DNA of 64,000 nucleotides from contig OZ024748.1 in assembly GCA_964016885.1 (NCBI GenBank), forward strand, positions 29,202,001-29,266,000, written 5' to 3'. Below the pieces are notes generated by a model that searched no databases, was not told where the DNA came from, and saw only the letters and a program-made list of their open reading frames with translations. This DNA is from Eledone cirrhosa (Eukaryota). A program made the position numbers and the translations under genes. The first letter of the stretch is position 1; each line of letters begins with the position of its first letter. Shown one piece after another: positions 1 through 15,100 of this stretch.

Positions 1-114
1 TAAATAATGAATAGTAGCGGTGACAGTACACACCCTTGGCGGAGTCCGACTCCCACATTGAATAGTTTCGATTTAGCACCATTTATCCAAACACAAATAC
101 TTTGGCATTCGCAT

Positions 115-938
115 CTATTGTAGAAACAGTAGATAACTTCTGCTATTTAGATGACCAAATTAGCAGCAGTGGTGGGTGTTCTGAAAGTACAGTAGCCAGA
201 GTAAGAACGGGATGGAGGAAGTTCAGGGAGCTTCTACCACTGCTGGCTACAAAAGGCTTCTCCCTCAGAATTAAAGGCAGACAGTATGATGCATGTGTAC
301 ATACAGCTATCGGTGCTGTGTGCAGAAGACTTGCATAGATTGGAAAGAAATGAAGCCTGCATGTTCCGATGGATGTGTAATAGTAATATGCGAGAACAGC
401 AAAGGATAAATGAACTGAGAGAGAAACTAGGCATAAGAGGAATCAAATGCTATGTGCAGGAGAGGAGATTGCGTTGGTATGGACATGTGATGCATATGAA
501 AGATGACAGCTGCATAAAAAATGCAGTGCGCTCAAAGTCGTTGGAAGTCTTGGAGTGAGGAGACCGAGGAAGACCTGGGATGAGGTGATAAAAGTCGACC
601 TTACCCAATTGCACCTCTCAAAGGAGATGACACATGACTGGGATCTTTGGCGATTTGCAGTAATACAGAAGATCTGACTTCCTATGAGCGCAAGCTTAAG
701 CATATGTACAGTATGCCCCACTCTACCCCCCAGTCCACACTGGACACATTATAAAAGACACGGCAAAAAGCACCCAGCACACACTGTCAATGTCGTTGGT
801 GTTAGGAAGGGCATCCAGCCAGAAACACCCCTATACAAGTGAGACACGGTCACCCGACCCAACTTGCCTCTAAATGGGAGTCATCTAACCCATGCTAGCA
901 TGGAAGATGGATGTTAATCGATGATAATGATGATGATT
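115..938 (+). mobile_element. RTE-clade LINE, 5'-truncated 3' fragment with (ATG)n tail
   Basis: Frameshifted ARVRTGWRKFRELLPLL and [10 protein letters not shown]; 3' end aacccatgctagcatggaag..gttaa followed by (atg)n. Confidence 0.88.
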
Positions 939-939
939 G

Positions 940-1850
940 AGACATCAGGGCAACAAGAAGCTGACCATCAGTCCCATACTCCTACACAACCTTCTACAGC
1001 AGGTCCTAAGGAATCCGGTCATATGCCTTTTCAAGGTCGACAAAACAAGAATATACCTCTTGCCAATTCTCCCATGATTTATCGAAGACCCGCTGCGCTA
1101 TGAATATTTGGTTGGCTGTGCTGTGTCCAGGGCAAAAGCTGCACTGCTCATCAGATAGCTTGGACTTAACAATCTCCCTGCCAGACACTAAGCATAGATT
1201 TTACCGGGCAGGCTTACCAATGAGATCCCTCTTGTCTCCCTTTTTGAAAATTAGGATTATCCCTCCCAATTGTCATTGTTTAGGTGCCTTTCTAGAGATC
1301 CAGGCCATCCGGCACACAAGTCAGCGAGAGAATATCTTCTCTATTTAAGGCTTTTAATATCTCGGGCCAGATTTCATCTTTCCTAGCGGCCTTGCCACGT
1401 TTGAGCTCTTTAACTACTCTTGTGACCTCAGCCTCTGAGAGATTAGTCACCGCTCCCAGATGTTTAGGAGATCAGCAAAATATTCTCTCCACCCCATGAG
1501 GATGCATCTCTCTGAAGAGAGGAGAACCCCAGACGCATTCTTGATAGTAGGTGTGGAAGAGGACTTCTTATTGTGAAGTCAGCAGATGGTTTGCCAGAAC
1601 ACTTTATTTGCTCATCTAAAATCAAATTCCAGCTTAACCACAAAGTCCCCCATTTCTCAACTGGACACCTTTACTGTCTCTGCTGCGATTCTTCGTGCCT
1701 GCTTGTACTACAAGTGCAAGAAAGAGGACTTATTTTCAAGATAAACTTTGTAGGCTTCCTTCTTTGCTTTGATGCCATCTTTGACCTCTTGGTTAAATCA
1801 AGGAATTCTCCTGCTATCTGGTGCCACACCAAGCCTCACACACCACAACA
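940..1850 (-). mobile_element. RTE-clade LINE fragment (second family), degenerate
   Basis: EQCSFCPGHSTANQIF ... [16 protein letters not shown]; similar to the element at 7070-8690. Confidence 0.8.
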
Positions 1851-1879
1851 AAAGATGTTAGAGATTCCCTCCAACAATT

Positions 1880-2480
1880 TTTGAGGGAAGCCAACACACT
1901 TGCAGCATTGCTGTAGGAGAGCAACCATGGATAGAGGGAAGAGACATATGAGCATTCATATAGACCTAGACTCCCAAATTGTTTTGGCAATGTAGTCAGG
2001 TCACATGACTCTGGAGAGAGTCTCACATTGACCAAGCTTTCGAGATTATCTAACTATATACAACTACTAAAGATTGATAAGTAATCCCTTAGTATAATGA
2101 ATCCTTGATGTAGATCGATTGCCTCAAGGTGTTCTAGTAGTTGCTCAAGGTTTGCCATCTCGGATAGAATAATGGGCTGGAAAGCTAAATCAGTAACAGG
2201 GGCTCTTGGGGAATACCATGCCAATGGGGGAGGGGAAGGACTCAGTAAACAGGTCTACTTTCGACAGATATTATGTAGCTGAGTGATTGAGAATTCAAAG
2301 CTGTTGGCAAGGGGACCATATGACTAAGTTTCTCAATCACGGTCTTCGTAGTATTAAAAATCTTATCTGGAGGTCTCTCCCAAACAAGTATCATCAAGAT
2401 ACCAGACATTCAAATCCAGGTCACCAGAGCTGTGGGACCCTCACCTTTACTGAGCTATGGTCGAGAATTCGTATTCGGAA
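1880..2480 (-). mobile_element. CRE-like non-LTR retrotransposon fragment
   Basis: VNVRLSPES..TTLPKQFGSLGL resembles ORF 4262..4636; the stretch near 2340-2460 resembles RT sequence at 46920-47180. Confidence 0.65.
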
Positions 2481-2509
2481 CTTTTGACGGGGAGCCCCCA
2501 ACGAAATAA

Positions 2510-2690
2510 TTGTTTCTACTTTTGGCACAAGGCCAGCAATTATTCCAGTAAATTACTGGAGCTTTATTTTATCGATCCTGTAAAGATGAAAGGCAAAGTT
2601 AACCTCGGCGGGATTTAAAATCAGAACTTAAAGGGCCATAACTCTATGCTGCAAAGCATGGTGTCTTACGCTCTACCGATACATTACAAC
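2510..2690 (-). mobile_element. tRNA-derived SINE
   Basis: Reverse complement of the SINE at 12990-13165. Confidence 0.75.
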
Positions 2691-2795
2691 ACCCTCACAA
2701 GCAGTGGCGATGGTATTTTTCTTAAATTTAAAAGAAACAAATTGGGTGGAGACTATTATGGAGGTGAAGGTCATGGTCGTTGTAAGTTCATACTT

Positions 2796-2810
2796 GTGCC
2801 ATCTAGTGGC
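2796..2810 (-). promoter_or_regulatory. CTCF-like motif upstream of the copy 1 start codon
   Basis: Reverse complement GCCACTAGATGGCAC fits the CTCF core CCASYAGRKGGCR; about 155 nt upstream of the ATG. Confidence 0.5.
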
Positions 2811-2963
2811 AACAATAGAGAAAGCAGGCTCTACTTTATCATAGGTAAAAGGGAGTTAATTCAGTTTGCGTGTAACTAATTTGTATTAATTACATTTTAA
2901 AAGTTTTTTCTTAACAGTGAGCACTTAAATCTTTCAAAATTTATACACATATATCTATACCAT

Positions 2964-3101
2964 ATGATGACCAATGTTAGTGGTGAGATCTCCAGCGACA
3001 AGTTAATAGATTTAAGGGTTGTGGATCTCCGCAGCGAACTGGAAAAACGAGGACTAGAGAAGACTGGAGTGAAGGCCGTGTTGTTGGAACGACTAGGAAA
3101 G
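2964..3101 (+). CDS. SAFB: SAFB-like copy 1 exon 1 (SAP DNA-binding domain)
   Basis: ATG at 2964; [31 protein letters not shown]; donor AAG|GTAGGA, phase 0. Confidence 0.93.
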
Positions 3102-6100
3102 GTAGGATATACGTATATAAATATAATAGACGTTTACGATAACCACGTGTTGTTTATATGTGTAGTATTATAATGATTAGTGGAAATTACGAAACATACC
3201 AAAAAAAAACCCTAACAGATCGAAATAAACATACGAAGATTCAAAGAAAATTACATCTTTATTCGCAGTTTTATAAATAACATTACAAATATGTTTTAAA
3301 TATATACATAAATAACATTACAAAATAACATTATAAATTGCTCGCAATTCGTTCAGAAGAACATTACAAATATAATGTTGTTGATAAACACAATATAAAG
3401 GCATAAAGGAGAGAGAAAAAAGTGTGTATTGGGAGGGGGGAGGGGGACAGAAACATAAACGACAAAGGTTTTCACTACCAAGTGCGACAATCGGACGTAC
3501 ATCACATCATAAGGGTTAACTAAACACTGAGGCAAGCCAATACGCTCGCATTGCCACGGGTGGTGGTGAGACTGAGGCGCTGAAACAACCAGGCACGTTC
3601 ACGGGTTTCACCTGACACCTCTGTAAGTCGAGCCGCCAACTTTTCACCTGACACCTCTGTAAGAACTTCGCTGTCAGCGGCTCAATTCCACCAAACGTCT
3701 CGAACGCCATAGGCTGGAAAAAATAATTACTAGATAATTCCAGGAATTTGCGAATTTTATCCGTTCGTCAGTGACACCCCACATTTACCGTAGAGTCCAT
3801 GATGTGGGAGGGAGGAAATGAGTCACTGACTTTGGCGTCCCAGATGTGACACTTATCTCTTGCCCAGGGACAAAGGGTAAGGCCGTCTGGATTCTTCCTA
3901 TTACTTCTGGATAATCCAACAGGCTCCAGAAACGCGGGGATATTTACTCGAGCCAGGGCCCATTTCATGATCAGGTTTAACTCAGTGTAGCGGGCAAAAC
4001 GACCAGCTTTCAGCTGACAGGACAAACCATATAGACCTGTGGAGCCGAGGGACCTACCACAGCGACATTTGAGACTCCCCACTCAAAGTGCAATGGAGAT
4101 GTGATGCTCGTCCTGACTGAGAAGGCCACCAATGTTGCTACAGGCAGGGCATCAATCCAGTCCCCTGAGACCTTTGCACTTGCAGAAAGTAAGTGACACC
4201 TAGAAAATTGATTGGAATGATCAAAGAGAGAGTTAAAAGTTTCCCTTGAATGCAGATTGTCCTATACTCTGTTCTTCTGTCTATCCCCATCAATAACGGA
4301 AACTGACAAATCCAGCTCTCTCCACTGTAGTAAAGCTTCATCCATCTCCCTGTTGGAACTAGTCCAAGTTGAAAAGGAGAAGATGTCTCCCACTAAAGGG
4401 GAGAAAACATGGATAGAGGAAAGAAAGCAAGGTAGAGACAAAGATGTGCATTTGCGCAGACTGAGACCTCCATACGGTTTGGGCAAGACAGCTTGGTCGT
4501 GTGACTCTGGAGAGAATCGGACATTGATCAAACTCTCGAGCTCACTGAAAATGAGGTTGTTGAAGTGTTGGAGAGACGACAAGAATTTGTAAGAGGAACT
4601 GACTCTGAGGAAATACAAGAACTTAGGGATTGACAAATAATTCCTAAGTATAAAAAAAACCTTGAGGTTTTTTCTAAAAATTGCTCCAGGTTAACCAACT
4701 TAGATCGGAAGATGGACTCGAAGGCTTTAAAGGAGGGCTCCCGATAGGCTTGCCAAGCAAAGTGGTAAAGCTGTGGGGCCCTCTCCTTTACTGAACGGAG
4801 GATGACATCCCTACAGATGGAATTGAAAGCATTCCTGAGATCTAATTTGAGGATGATCTTGAGGGTTTCAAACGGAATAAAATTCGTAAATACCTGTATT
4901 TATCTAGTAAGTATTTTTTCCAGTCTGTGGCGTTCGAGATATTTGGTGGAGTTGGGCTGCAGACATCAAAGTTCTTTTCATCCCTGGCGGCTTGCCTTAC
5001 TGAGGTGTCAGGTGATGACCTTGAGGGTGCCTGGTTTTTTTCAACTCCTTAGAAAGTTATACAATTTCATTGCGGAAGAGTCACAATAGCCATTTTAAAC
5101 ACCAACTGTTATGCATCTGTCATTTGTTTTATTTTATAAATATGTAACTTAAAAAATTTCAAAATCCTGTTGTACATCCACCACCACCACCACCTGGTTA
5201 TTAACATTTATTTCACTGCGTGCAGCAATTCAATTGAAAATAATAACATTAGTATCTTGATTGTAAGATGTACCACGACAAAATACTTAGCTTTCTTTAA
5301 TACTACAACAAAAAAATAATGGTGACACTACCTCGCATCGTGTGACTTGCCTAGACAACTGCAGCTGTGAAATCAGTCTATTTACCCTCTACCTATTTCT
5401 CTCTTTATAAATATCTATATCTCTTCTACTCTGACATCAAATTCTATAACAACTATGGAATTTACACCTGCAATGCTGCGAGTCACCTTAAGAATAAGCG
5501 CAACTTTGCCTCTCCTGGTCTTGATGGTGTTACGTACCTGCTTCTCAAACTTGGTGGGTACTTTCTTCTGCACCAGCTTTCACTCTTCTTTCAATGCTGT
5601 CTTAACAATGGTGCTATTCCGGAGCAGTGGAAAACGGCCAGTGTCATTCAAAATGGGTGATCACACGTTGCCTGTCAACTATCGTCCAGTCAGTCTTACT
5701 AGCTGCATTGCCAAACTGATGGAATCCTGTGTCAGAGAAACATTCTGGAACTTCTGGAATTCTCACAGCCTTATCCAGCCCTTGCAATTCAGATTTATCC
5801 CTAACTCCAGCTGCTGTGATCAACTTATTGAGTTTCTTGAAGACATCACCAGGATCACTGATGGCGACTCATGGGTGGATGTTATTTACGTTGACATTGC
5901 TAAAGCTTTCAATTCTGTGCCACTCAAAAGACTTATGGCAAAACTCTCTGCAATGGGTGTGAGAGATGATCTTTTTAACTGGCTGATGTCCTTCATTCTT
6001 AGTTGAAAAGAGGTAGTCACGGTTGTAAGACAGCATTCTCCACCCTATTAGATGTCATCTGGTGTACCACAGGGATCTGTTACTTTCTTAATATATATTT

Positions 6101-9100
6101 TCCACATTTATTTACCATCTTAATTACTAACCTTGATATTTTGGTTGTTAAATGTCAATATAAGAAAATTAGTTAATATTTTGTTATTAGTGTTGTCTTA
6201 TTTAGAGTTTATCGACTACATAGTTGTGATAATGGGGATTCCACTAACTGTATTGTACTTTTTTTATCTGTTTATTACAGGCTCTGAAAAATGAAGGTGG
6301 AAGTCTAGGAAGTGAAGGCAAATCAGGCGCAACTCCATCTCGTAAGTTAATTTTTATTTTTAGACATTTTGATTCCTTTATTTTCTTTGGTTGTATAATT
6401 TTTTCTGACTTTTGGGTTAGCATTGTTGAAATAACAATGTCATTTTTATTTAATATGCTATATTTTTATTGTGCTAGTGTGACACTAAAATATATTATTT
6501 TTCAGAAGATCTTGCTGCTTTGGCTAAAATTACGGTGAGTTTTTTCTTGTATTCTGACTTTTATAAAAATTTGACTGAAACCATGCTGATTCACCACTTT
6601 GATGGGATTTTGTTTGTCATATTGATCCCAGTACTTATTTTATTAATTGCTTTTTGATGAACCGCAAGCTCTGAAAAACACACATGCAAACATATACGTA
6701 TGGTAGGCTTCTGTATAGTTTCCATCTTCCAAATTTATTTAGTAGTCAGGTTTTAAATAAAATTTCATAAACAAATTTTTTATCACAATTTTCTCTAGAC
6801 ACTTTCATTTTCTTTGTCTCATTTCTATCACACACACTTCCTCTGTTAACTACAAATAACAAATTATATGTGTCAAAGTTAATATATATTTATTGTCAAT
6901 TCTAGTACAGAACTGTGTGCTGGGTGGCCTGAATCTCTGCAAAGGCATGTGTTTGGAATGCATTGCATTCATTTTATAAATAGGCTCTTTCGTTGATCAA
7001 ACAAGTAGAAATTTTGTTGTCGGAACCAACAGTGGTCTAACACACACATAACACTTCGTAATTAGTCCTCCTCTCTGCAGAGAGGTGCATCCTTGTGAAA
7101 TAGAGAGAATACTTCGCTGATCTACTAAACCTGATCACAACAACATCTTCTGATGTACATGAGGTGCATCTGGGAGCAGTGACTAATCTCTGAGACAGGT
7201 CACAAGAGTGGTTAAAGAGCTCAAACCTGGCAATGCTGCTGGGGATGATGAAATCCAGTCCGAGAGGTTAAAAGCCTTAAATAAAGAAGGTATTCTCTGG
7301 CTGACTCATGTGTGCCAGGTAGCCTGGATCTCTGGAAAGACACCTAAACAATGGCAATCAGGAGTGATAATCCCAATTTTCAAAAGGCGACACGAGAGGT
7401 TGTTCCAGATACAGAAGGATTTCTTTCTTAAACCTACCCGGTAAGTCTATGTTAGGTGTCTGGGATGCAGGGGAGATTGCCAAATCCAAGCTAGCTGATG
7501 AAAAGTGCAGTTTTTATCCAGGACGCAGCACAACCAACCAAATACTTACAGTGCGGCATGTCTTTGAGAAATTGTGGGAGTATTGCCAAGAAGTATATTC
7601 TTGTTTTGTGGACCTCGAAAAGGCATATGACCATGTTCCTCGAGATCTGCTGTTGGAGGTTGTGCAGGAGTATGGGATCAATGGTCAGCTTCTTGTTTCT
7701 CTGATGTCTCTATACGAATGCCTGAGTATTTGGGTTAGATAAATGGTGCTAAATCGAAACTATTCAATGTGGGAGTCGGACACCACCAAGGGTACTTAAT
7801 GTCACCTCTCCTGTTCATTATTTACATGAACAGAACTGACATGCGCAGCTGGGTTAGAAGTGGTATCACGACTGACAGTTGTAAAATCAGTTGGCTGGAA
7901 TTTGCAGATGACATGGTGTTACTTAACTCGACAGAAAGTGATCACCTACATGCACTTGATAGGTTTGATGCAAAGTGCAGAATGGTTGGAATGAAAACCA
8001 GTGCTGCGAAAACTGAGACACCAGTCCTCTCAAGGAAGCCTACATGTGAATGGAGTTCACTGAAGCATGTAGAGAAGTTCAAGTATCTTGGGGCCATGTT
8101 CACAAGTGATGGATGGCTAAATTAAGTGCAAAAATTGCAGACATCAGAGAGTCACTCTAGGTAGAGCTGCTACTTCTTGGAATAGAGAGATCACAGCTCT
8201 GATAATAATAATAATAATAATGAAATTATTGTGTACAGTGCTCAGGTGCACTACAACTCATCAAAGGTGCATGTATAGTACATAGAATAATGTACAAATG
8301 TCAGGAAAATGAACAGTGTATGAGTCATGATATAATAACAATAACAATAATGAAATATTGTGTACAGTGCCCAGGTGCACCACAACTCATCAAAAAAGTG
8401 CATGTACAGTACATAGGGCAATGCACAAACATCAGTAAATGGGCATGTGGTTAGAATGTTTTAGGAAAGAATTGCTAGACAAATTTCATGGGCAAAGTCA
8501 ACCAACAGGAGACCCAGGGGAGGTCCCTGAGCAAGATGGTTGGCTAACATCCATGAGCTTGGCTGGGTCTTGCTTGCAGATCCAGCAGGATTAGTTGGAG
8601 ATTGTTGCTTCTGACAGGACCCGCTGGAAGGAGTGTTTAAAAACTCTTCCCCCATGACCCTCTCAGAATAAGTAGGCAAAGAAGAAGAATTATTGTCAAT
8701 TTAGGTTGTCAATTAGTGTGTCAATTTTGGTTGTCATTTAACAAGCTATACATACAGAATGTTGTATGTATGGAAACTTTTGTGTGAACTTATTTGAAAT
8801 ATTAACATTTTTAGGCACTCTGTGAAGAGAAACTTATGGAGGAAAGTCAACCCATGGAAGATGGTCATCGTAAGTATCAATTATATAAATAAAGCAATGA
8901 GATAGATATAGATTTTGTGTGTGTGTTGGAATGTGTGTAGCTTCTTTTAACTCTTTAGCATTTGCATTACTCTATATATACTATTGTATTTTCATGGTAA
9001 AGGCTTTATCTCACATCATATTGAATCTATGAGATTTTGATATTATTTATTTTGAGAGCAATACCTTAACATAGATATAAGTGGCCAGTTATTGCTGCTT

Positions 9101-12100
9101 TGAACAGAAAGAGAATTCTGGCCGGATATGGCTGGTTTAAATGCTAAAGGGTTAATTTGTACAACTGATATGTGTGTAACACACTATTATGTCATGTAGT
9201 GGTCTGTGTGTAATTGTATTTTAGACTTTGTTTAGATGTGTGCAACACAGTATTATGTCATGTGGTGTGTGTGTATTTTAGACTTTGTTTAGATGTGTGC
9301 AACACAGTATTATGTCATGTGGTGTGTGTGTATTTTAGACTTTGTTTAGATGTGTGCAACACAGTATTATGTCATGTAGTGGTGTGTGTGTAATTGTATT
9401 TTAGACTTTGTGTTGTGTTTGAAACAGTATTATGTTATATAGTGTGTGTAATTGTATTTTAAATTGTTTAGATCTATGAAACTTAATATTATGTTATATG
9501 GTGGTGTATGTCTTGATCTAATGTATTATTCTAATTTCCAGAAAATGAACTTACTACAGACAATATGGATAAGGTTGGTGAACTTTATCAATATATTTTT
9601 ATAAATTTATGTCTTCCTCTATAGACACATACAATAGGTGCAGGCATGGCTGTATGAATAATCCTTTTGATATCAACCCAACTATGACTGGCTCTGGTTT
9701 TATGATACCAATCCAGCTAAGACTGACTCTGGTTCTATGATACTAACCCAACTATGACTGGCTCTGGTTTTATGATACCAACCCAACTATGACTGGCTCT
9801 GGTTCTGTGATTCCAATCCAGCTAAGACTGGTTCTGGTTCTATAGAACAAAACCACCCAATTTAAAGGGTTCCTATTTAGATTAAGATCTTCTAACATAA
9901 TTTTATATATGAACCATATGTTAAGTTACCATCTTAGTAAATCCTTCAAATTTCTTCATTAATTAATTTCATTATAAATGTAGTGACCAAAGGTTTAAGG
10001 AATTCACTTTGCAACAATGTGGTACGTTAGGCAAGTGTCTAATGAGGGGTAACCATGGGTATTATAGTAATACCAGGATGATACAAGAGAAATAACATAA
10101 GTTTTGAAGATCAGTAGAGTACTAAAGCTACAGTTAATCCTTTAAACATTATACTTTCTGTTAATCCTTTAAACATTATACATTCTGTAATTCTATTAAA
10201 GTGTTCAAATTTTAATTAAAACTTTGGACTGAAATCTGATTATTACATGCTAGATAATATTAGATTTCAGTAGCTAAATATTTCTCTTTTATTATGAAAT
10301 TAAAAATTAATTATTTTACTAACCCTCTCATATTTCCTAATTATTTCCGTAATTTAAACACAAAGGTAGTTTATTGTTAGAAATATTTTCATAAAAGATT
10401 TAAAGGACAAGAGTAGAAGAGTTCAGTGATAAGAGATAACAATAAGATCCTTTCTCATCATATTTTGTTTGAATTTTCAGAAAGAAACAGAGACATCTGA
10501 TGTGGCATTGGCTGATGTCTTTCTAAACACCACCAATCCTGATATTACTGACAATCAGATACTTTCAAGTGATACAAAACCATCAGATATGTTGGTAAAT
10601 GACACCTTTGATAAAGAAACTAATACTGTTTTGCAGGTAAATCTACTTTTGTTTTACATGATAATACTTTAACCCTTAATTACCTAATTTTTATTTTTTT
10701 AAATCATTTTGAAAATGAGGAATTTGGAGATATTTAATAAGAGGACTGACTTTCTTATTATTAAGCTGGTGTTTAGAACATAACTAGTTGTCTTACATAA
10801 ATTTATTATGGAATGTTATTAAATAAATACAAACACTTTAAAATAAATTAGTTTGTATTATAGAAGTAAATACATTTCCAAGTGTTTTTGATTCACAATT
10901 GTTAAAATATTATATTTGTAAAATTAGTGTAACTATGATAAGCTGTTAAAATTACTAGCCACAAATTAATAAATTAATCCTTTTGATACCAATCCAAACA
11001 ATTTATTTCTACTATGTCCATGTATTGTATATCATCAGTTGTTGTTGTTATCAGATATCTTCTTCTCTATTTTAGGAAGAAGCTGATGATACATTAAAGG
11101 ATACCACAGGTAGGAAATTTCAGATTCAGTAAATTTTTAGAATAATCTGCTTATTGTTGTTATACTTTAGTTGATTTTCTTTCAGTTGTTTCAGCCTCTC
11201 TTCTTTCTTCTCCCATAAAAAATAATAAAACTGGTCCAAATATGGTATTTTCATAAACTGTCTTTTTATCTGTTATTCCACTTATGTTATAAGTGACATT
11301 TTATATTAATTTTTTAATTGACTATTAAAGCTAGTTACAGACTGTAATTTTATCAATGATAGATATATTGTAAGAAAAGACTTATATTAAGTATGGTTTA
11401 TACAAGATTTTACTTTAGGAGGAACTATATTGGTTCATTGTATGGTAATCAACTACTAATCTAGTTTGTAATGTTATTTAAATATCAACATCCTATAATA
11501 ATATAGCAGAAAATATCTAAAAATGGGTTTGGTAATTCAGATTGTTGTAGACATTTGCATTATAGTAACAACATTAATTTTTTATGTGATGCAGTCATTG
11601 TGCTGTTTTGTATTTTTTAAGAATGTATTTCTAGTGTGGTTTCATGTGATATATAATGTTAAAATTAAAAAAGAATTTACTGCCATTCCACAACTACTTT
11701 TCACACTAACAATTGGTTTCTACAGTTATACATAATATCTCTATTAAAGGTATTTATCTCTCAATCATTTAGTCCACCTAGCTGTAAATAGGTACCATAC
11801 TGTTCTTGACTGAAGGCTATTTGTTTGCTGAAATCCCCTTATGTAGCTAGAAAAAGCAACAAGAAATCCTGCCAATGTATCATCTCTTGAATAACATATA
11901 TGAAGACAATATTACAAGAGTTGTCCCCTATATTCTAAGTTTCCAATTCAGCTTAATATGATTGATATTTTAAGAACTGTAATGTATGATTGTGTGATGT
12001 TCATGCCTTTCTCAGTAATATCAGTAATATGAAAGTGAAATATTATTTACAAACAGGGATTGAAGTCAGGTTTCAGTTAGTTTTTCAAATGCTGCCTCTT

Positions 12101-15100
12101 TGCCAATTATTGCTACAAGCAAAATGTATGATGTAGAGAAAATGTGATGTGATGTCATTCACGTGATTCATAACAATTTCTAACGTGAGAAAAGAATCAA
12201 ACCTAGTATACGTCCATCCCACGCCTTCCAGGGCAGGTCGCGGGCCAATCATCAGTTTTTACGGCATGAAATGGAGACTGCAATATAGTTTTCGAACAGG
12301 CCCCTCTACCTAAGGCCTGAACGTGTCCCTTGTTAACCCGCGTGAAGGACGATGTGGTATGGTTTTTTTTCGTACCTCTCACAATATTGCTGTTTTGGTG
12401 GTCTTATTTGCGCCAGTCACCAATCTGGTACTTTGTCAAACCCGCGAACACGACTTTTTTATTGGTGGCCTTTACTTGCCTCATCATAGCAACATCACTA
12501 GGTTTTAAGAGTTTTCTTGGGAGCTACTGGTGACTTTAAACACAGAAAAATAAATTTGGTGAAAAACCTATTGTGATATCCCAAATTCAAGGATCTGAGA
12601 ATTGATAAAATTGCTATTATATTAAAAATGGATTATATAAAAAGAAAGAGCATAAACTAGGTTTTAAAATGATACGTAATTTAATGCACTGTTAGTTTTT
12701 ATTCTTATCAGAATGTTGAAAAAATAAACATAAAACCTGCGTGAATTTCTGAACAACATAGTACATCATTATTTTGGCAGTATCGGTAGAGGGTCGGATG
12801 CTATGCTTTGCCGCATAGAGTTACGGCCCTTTATGATCTGTGTTCAAATCCCGCCAAGGTTAACTTTGTCTTTCATCCTTATGGGGTCGATCAAATAAAG
12901 TACCAGTCACGCACTGGGGTCGATTTAATCGACTTTCCCCTCCCCCAAAATTGCTGGCATTGTGCCTATATAAGAAACTATTATTAACTAAGGCGGTGGA
13001 TTGGCAGTATCGGTAGAGGGTAGACGCCTTTGCAGCATAGAGTTCCGACCCTTTATGATCTGAGTTCAAATTCCGCCAAGGTTAACTTACGGGTCCTCGA
13101 TAAAATAAAGCACCAGTAATGCACTGGGTAATTGCTGGCCTCGTGCCAGAAGTAGAAACAATTATTAACTCATGACAACATAACCTCAAACAATTGTTTA
13201 AACAACAATTTCATTTCCATTCTAATATTAAAATAATGTATATAATAAATAAACATACACTCCAGGTAATGGTAAGTTGAGAAATTTTTTTTCTGTATAC
13301 TATCAGGAAATATAATGGGGTTTATGTGAATTTAAAAGTTGTATGTATTTATATGTGTGTGTGTGTGTCTGTTGCATGCATTTGTCTTGAGGCTAAATTT
13401 CATTTAAGAGAGAAGACATTGAGAATATGAATTATTCTTCAGGATTTCAAGTCTTCTATCCAAACACACACACACAAACATATATATATATATAAGTTTA
13501 ATTGATACATAAAAATATATACCGATTGTGTTTCTCAATAAAATAGCTTGATGAACATTAATTAGTTCTTAGGACATTCAGCCATAGAATTTTATCATAC
13601 CACTTTATGTAAGTATTTTTACACATTATATTTTCTTTTGGCCCTACTAATTAGGAATTTTAACTTTGCCATCATAAAATGAGTATATCTTCTTACAATA
13701 TAATTTAATCAGTGTTGGGTAATCGAAGCAATCCACCACTAATGGTGTAATCAGGTGGAAGCACTCAACATCATGGATGCCACAAGGTATTACATATATG
13801 GTATCAGAGTATCAATTTTAAGAAAAAGAAGAGAGACTATTTCACGTATTCAACATCAGGATGATGTAATGGAATAAACTGATGTTGAATTGTGATACCA
13901 TCTCACTTTCTTTTTTTAATATGTATATATTGTGCATGTTTGTGTGTTCATGCATTTGCCTAGATTCAAAATAGCTGAATTCAGAAGTCATTGACACCTC
14001 TGCTCATTCTTCCAGTATTTTCACATCTTTGAACAAGACACTTCTCTAGGCATCAGTTCTTCCAGATGTGGAGAAAAACCTCCACATATGGATATTTGGT
14101 TGTCTGCCAACTGACATCCTATTCCAGAACATATTCAACACTCCTCCATGATATGCTATAGAATGCTGCATTCCTTATGGATCCATGGAAAATAATGTAA
14201 TTTATGTAAACGAAATACAACACCTGAAAAATTTCTGGATAATTGATGACTTGATCATGAGTATCAAACTTTACTACAAACCATTTTATTGTCTCTCTCA
14301 TTAAATTACTTACCATTGCATTAGCAGTGTAAACATGTCTGAATTTACTGAAGCCATCCCATGGTTAACAGTATAATACATACATAAATATATATGTATG
14401 TGTGTGTCAGTGAGACATTTGTGGTATTTTTCTCAAGAGTCTATCCAGTTCTATATTTTCTGAGAGCCTGTAGCTTAGTTTTAGTGTTTTGTACAACTAC
14501 TTCAGTTCTATTTTGAATGTGTTGAAGACAATATCACTGAGGATATATGGAGTGAAAATTTGACACAAAAGTTTCTATTTGAAATGTAATTATTATCCAT
14601 ATTTCAACTGTAGAGCCTATAGTCTATTAATCCTATAGGATTGCTAGACTAAAAGCTTTAATAGTAACATTTTATTTATTGCATTCTTTCTTTTCTACTT
14701 AAACTCTCTGCAGAACACAGTCTGTTGTGGAGTGAGGTTTAACAAGTTTTCATTTTATATCAACTATTTCATTCTAAATTAACTTTCTATAGCACCGCCA
14801 GTACTGTCATCTTCATCAGTGGAAACTAACAGAAAAGAAGAAAACAGTGGATTATCCTCATCAGTGGAGAGAAACGATGCTAAGTCTTCACTCCCAGGGT
14901 ATACTTTAAAGGGAGAAAATGGTGAAAAGTCCCCACCAGACAGCAGGATGACAGCAACTCCACCACAAAGTTGTAATGAACTTAAAGGAGATGATGTGAC
15001 CAATAGAGTTCTCTCGGATAGTTTACCTCCAACACCCACCAGTGTACCTTGTATAGCTCCATTTACATTAAAAGACACAATCAGTATGGACACTTCCACC

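Noticed and set aside
11523-12533. Short ORFs conserved between the copies (11523/53409, 12323/54209, also 15674/57417, 17964/61764)
   Set aside because: Conservation reflects near-identical duplicated intron sequence; no domain or splice support.
12990-13080. tRNA genes
   Set aside because: The A/B boxes are SINE heads followed by a SINE core and tail; no intact cloverleaf is evident.
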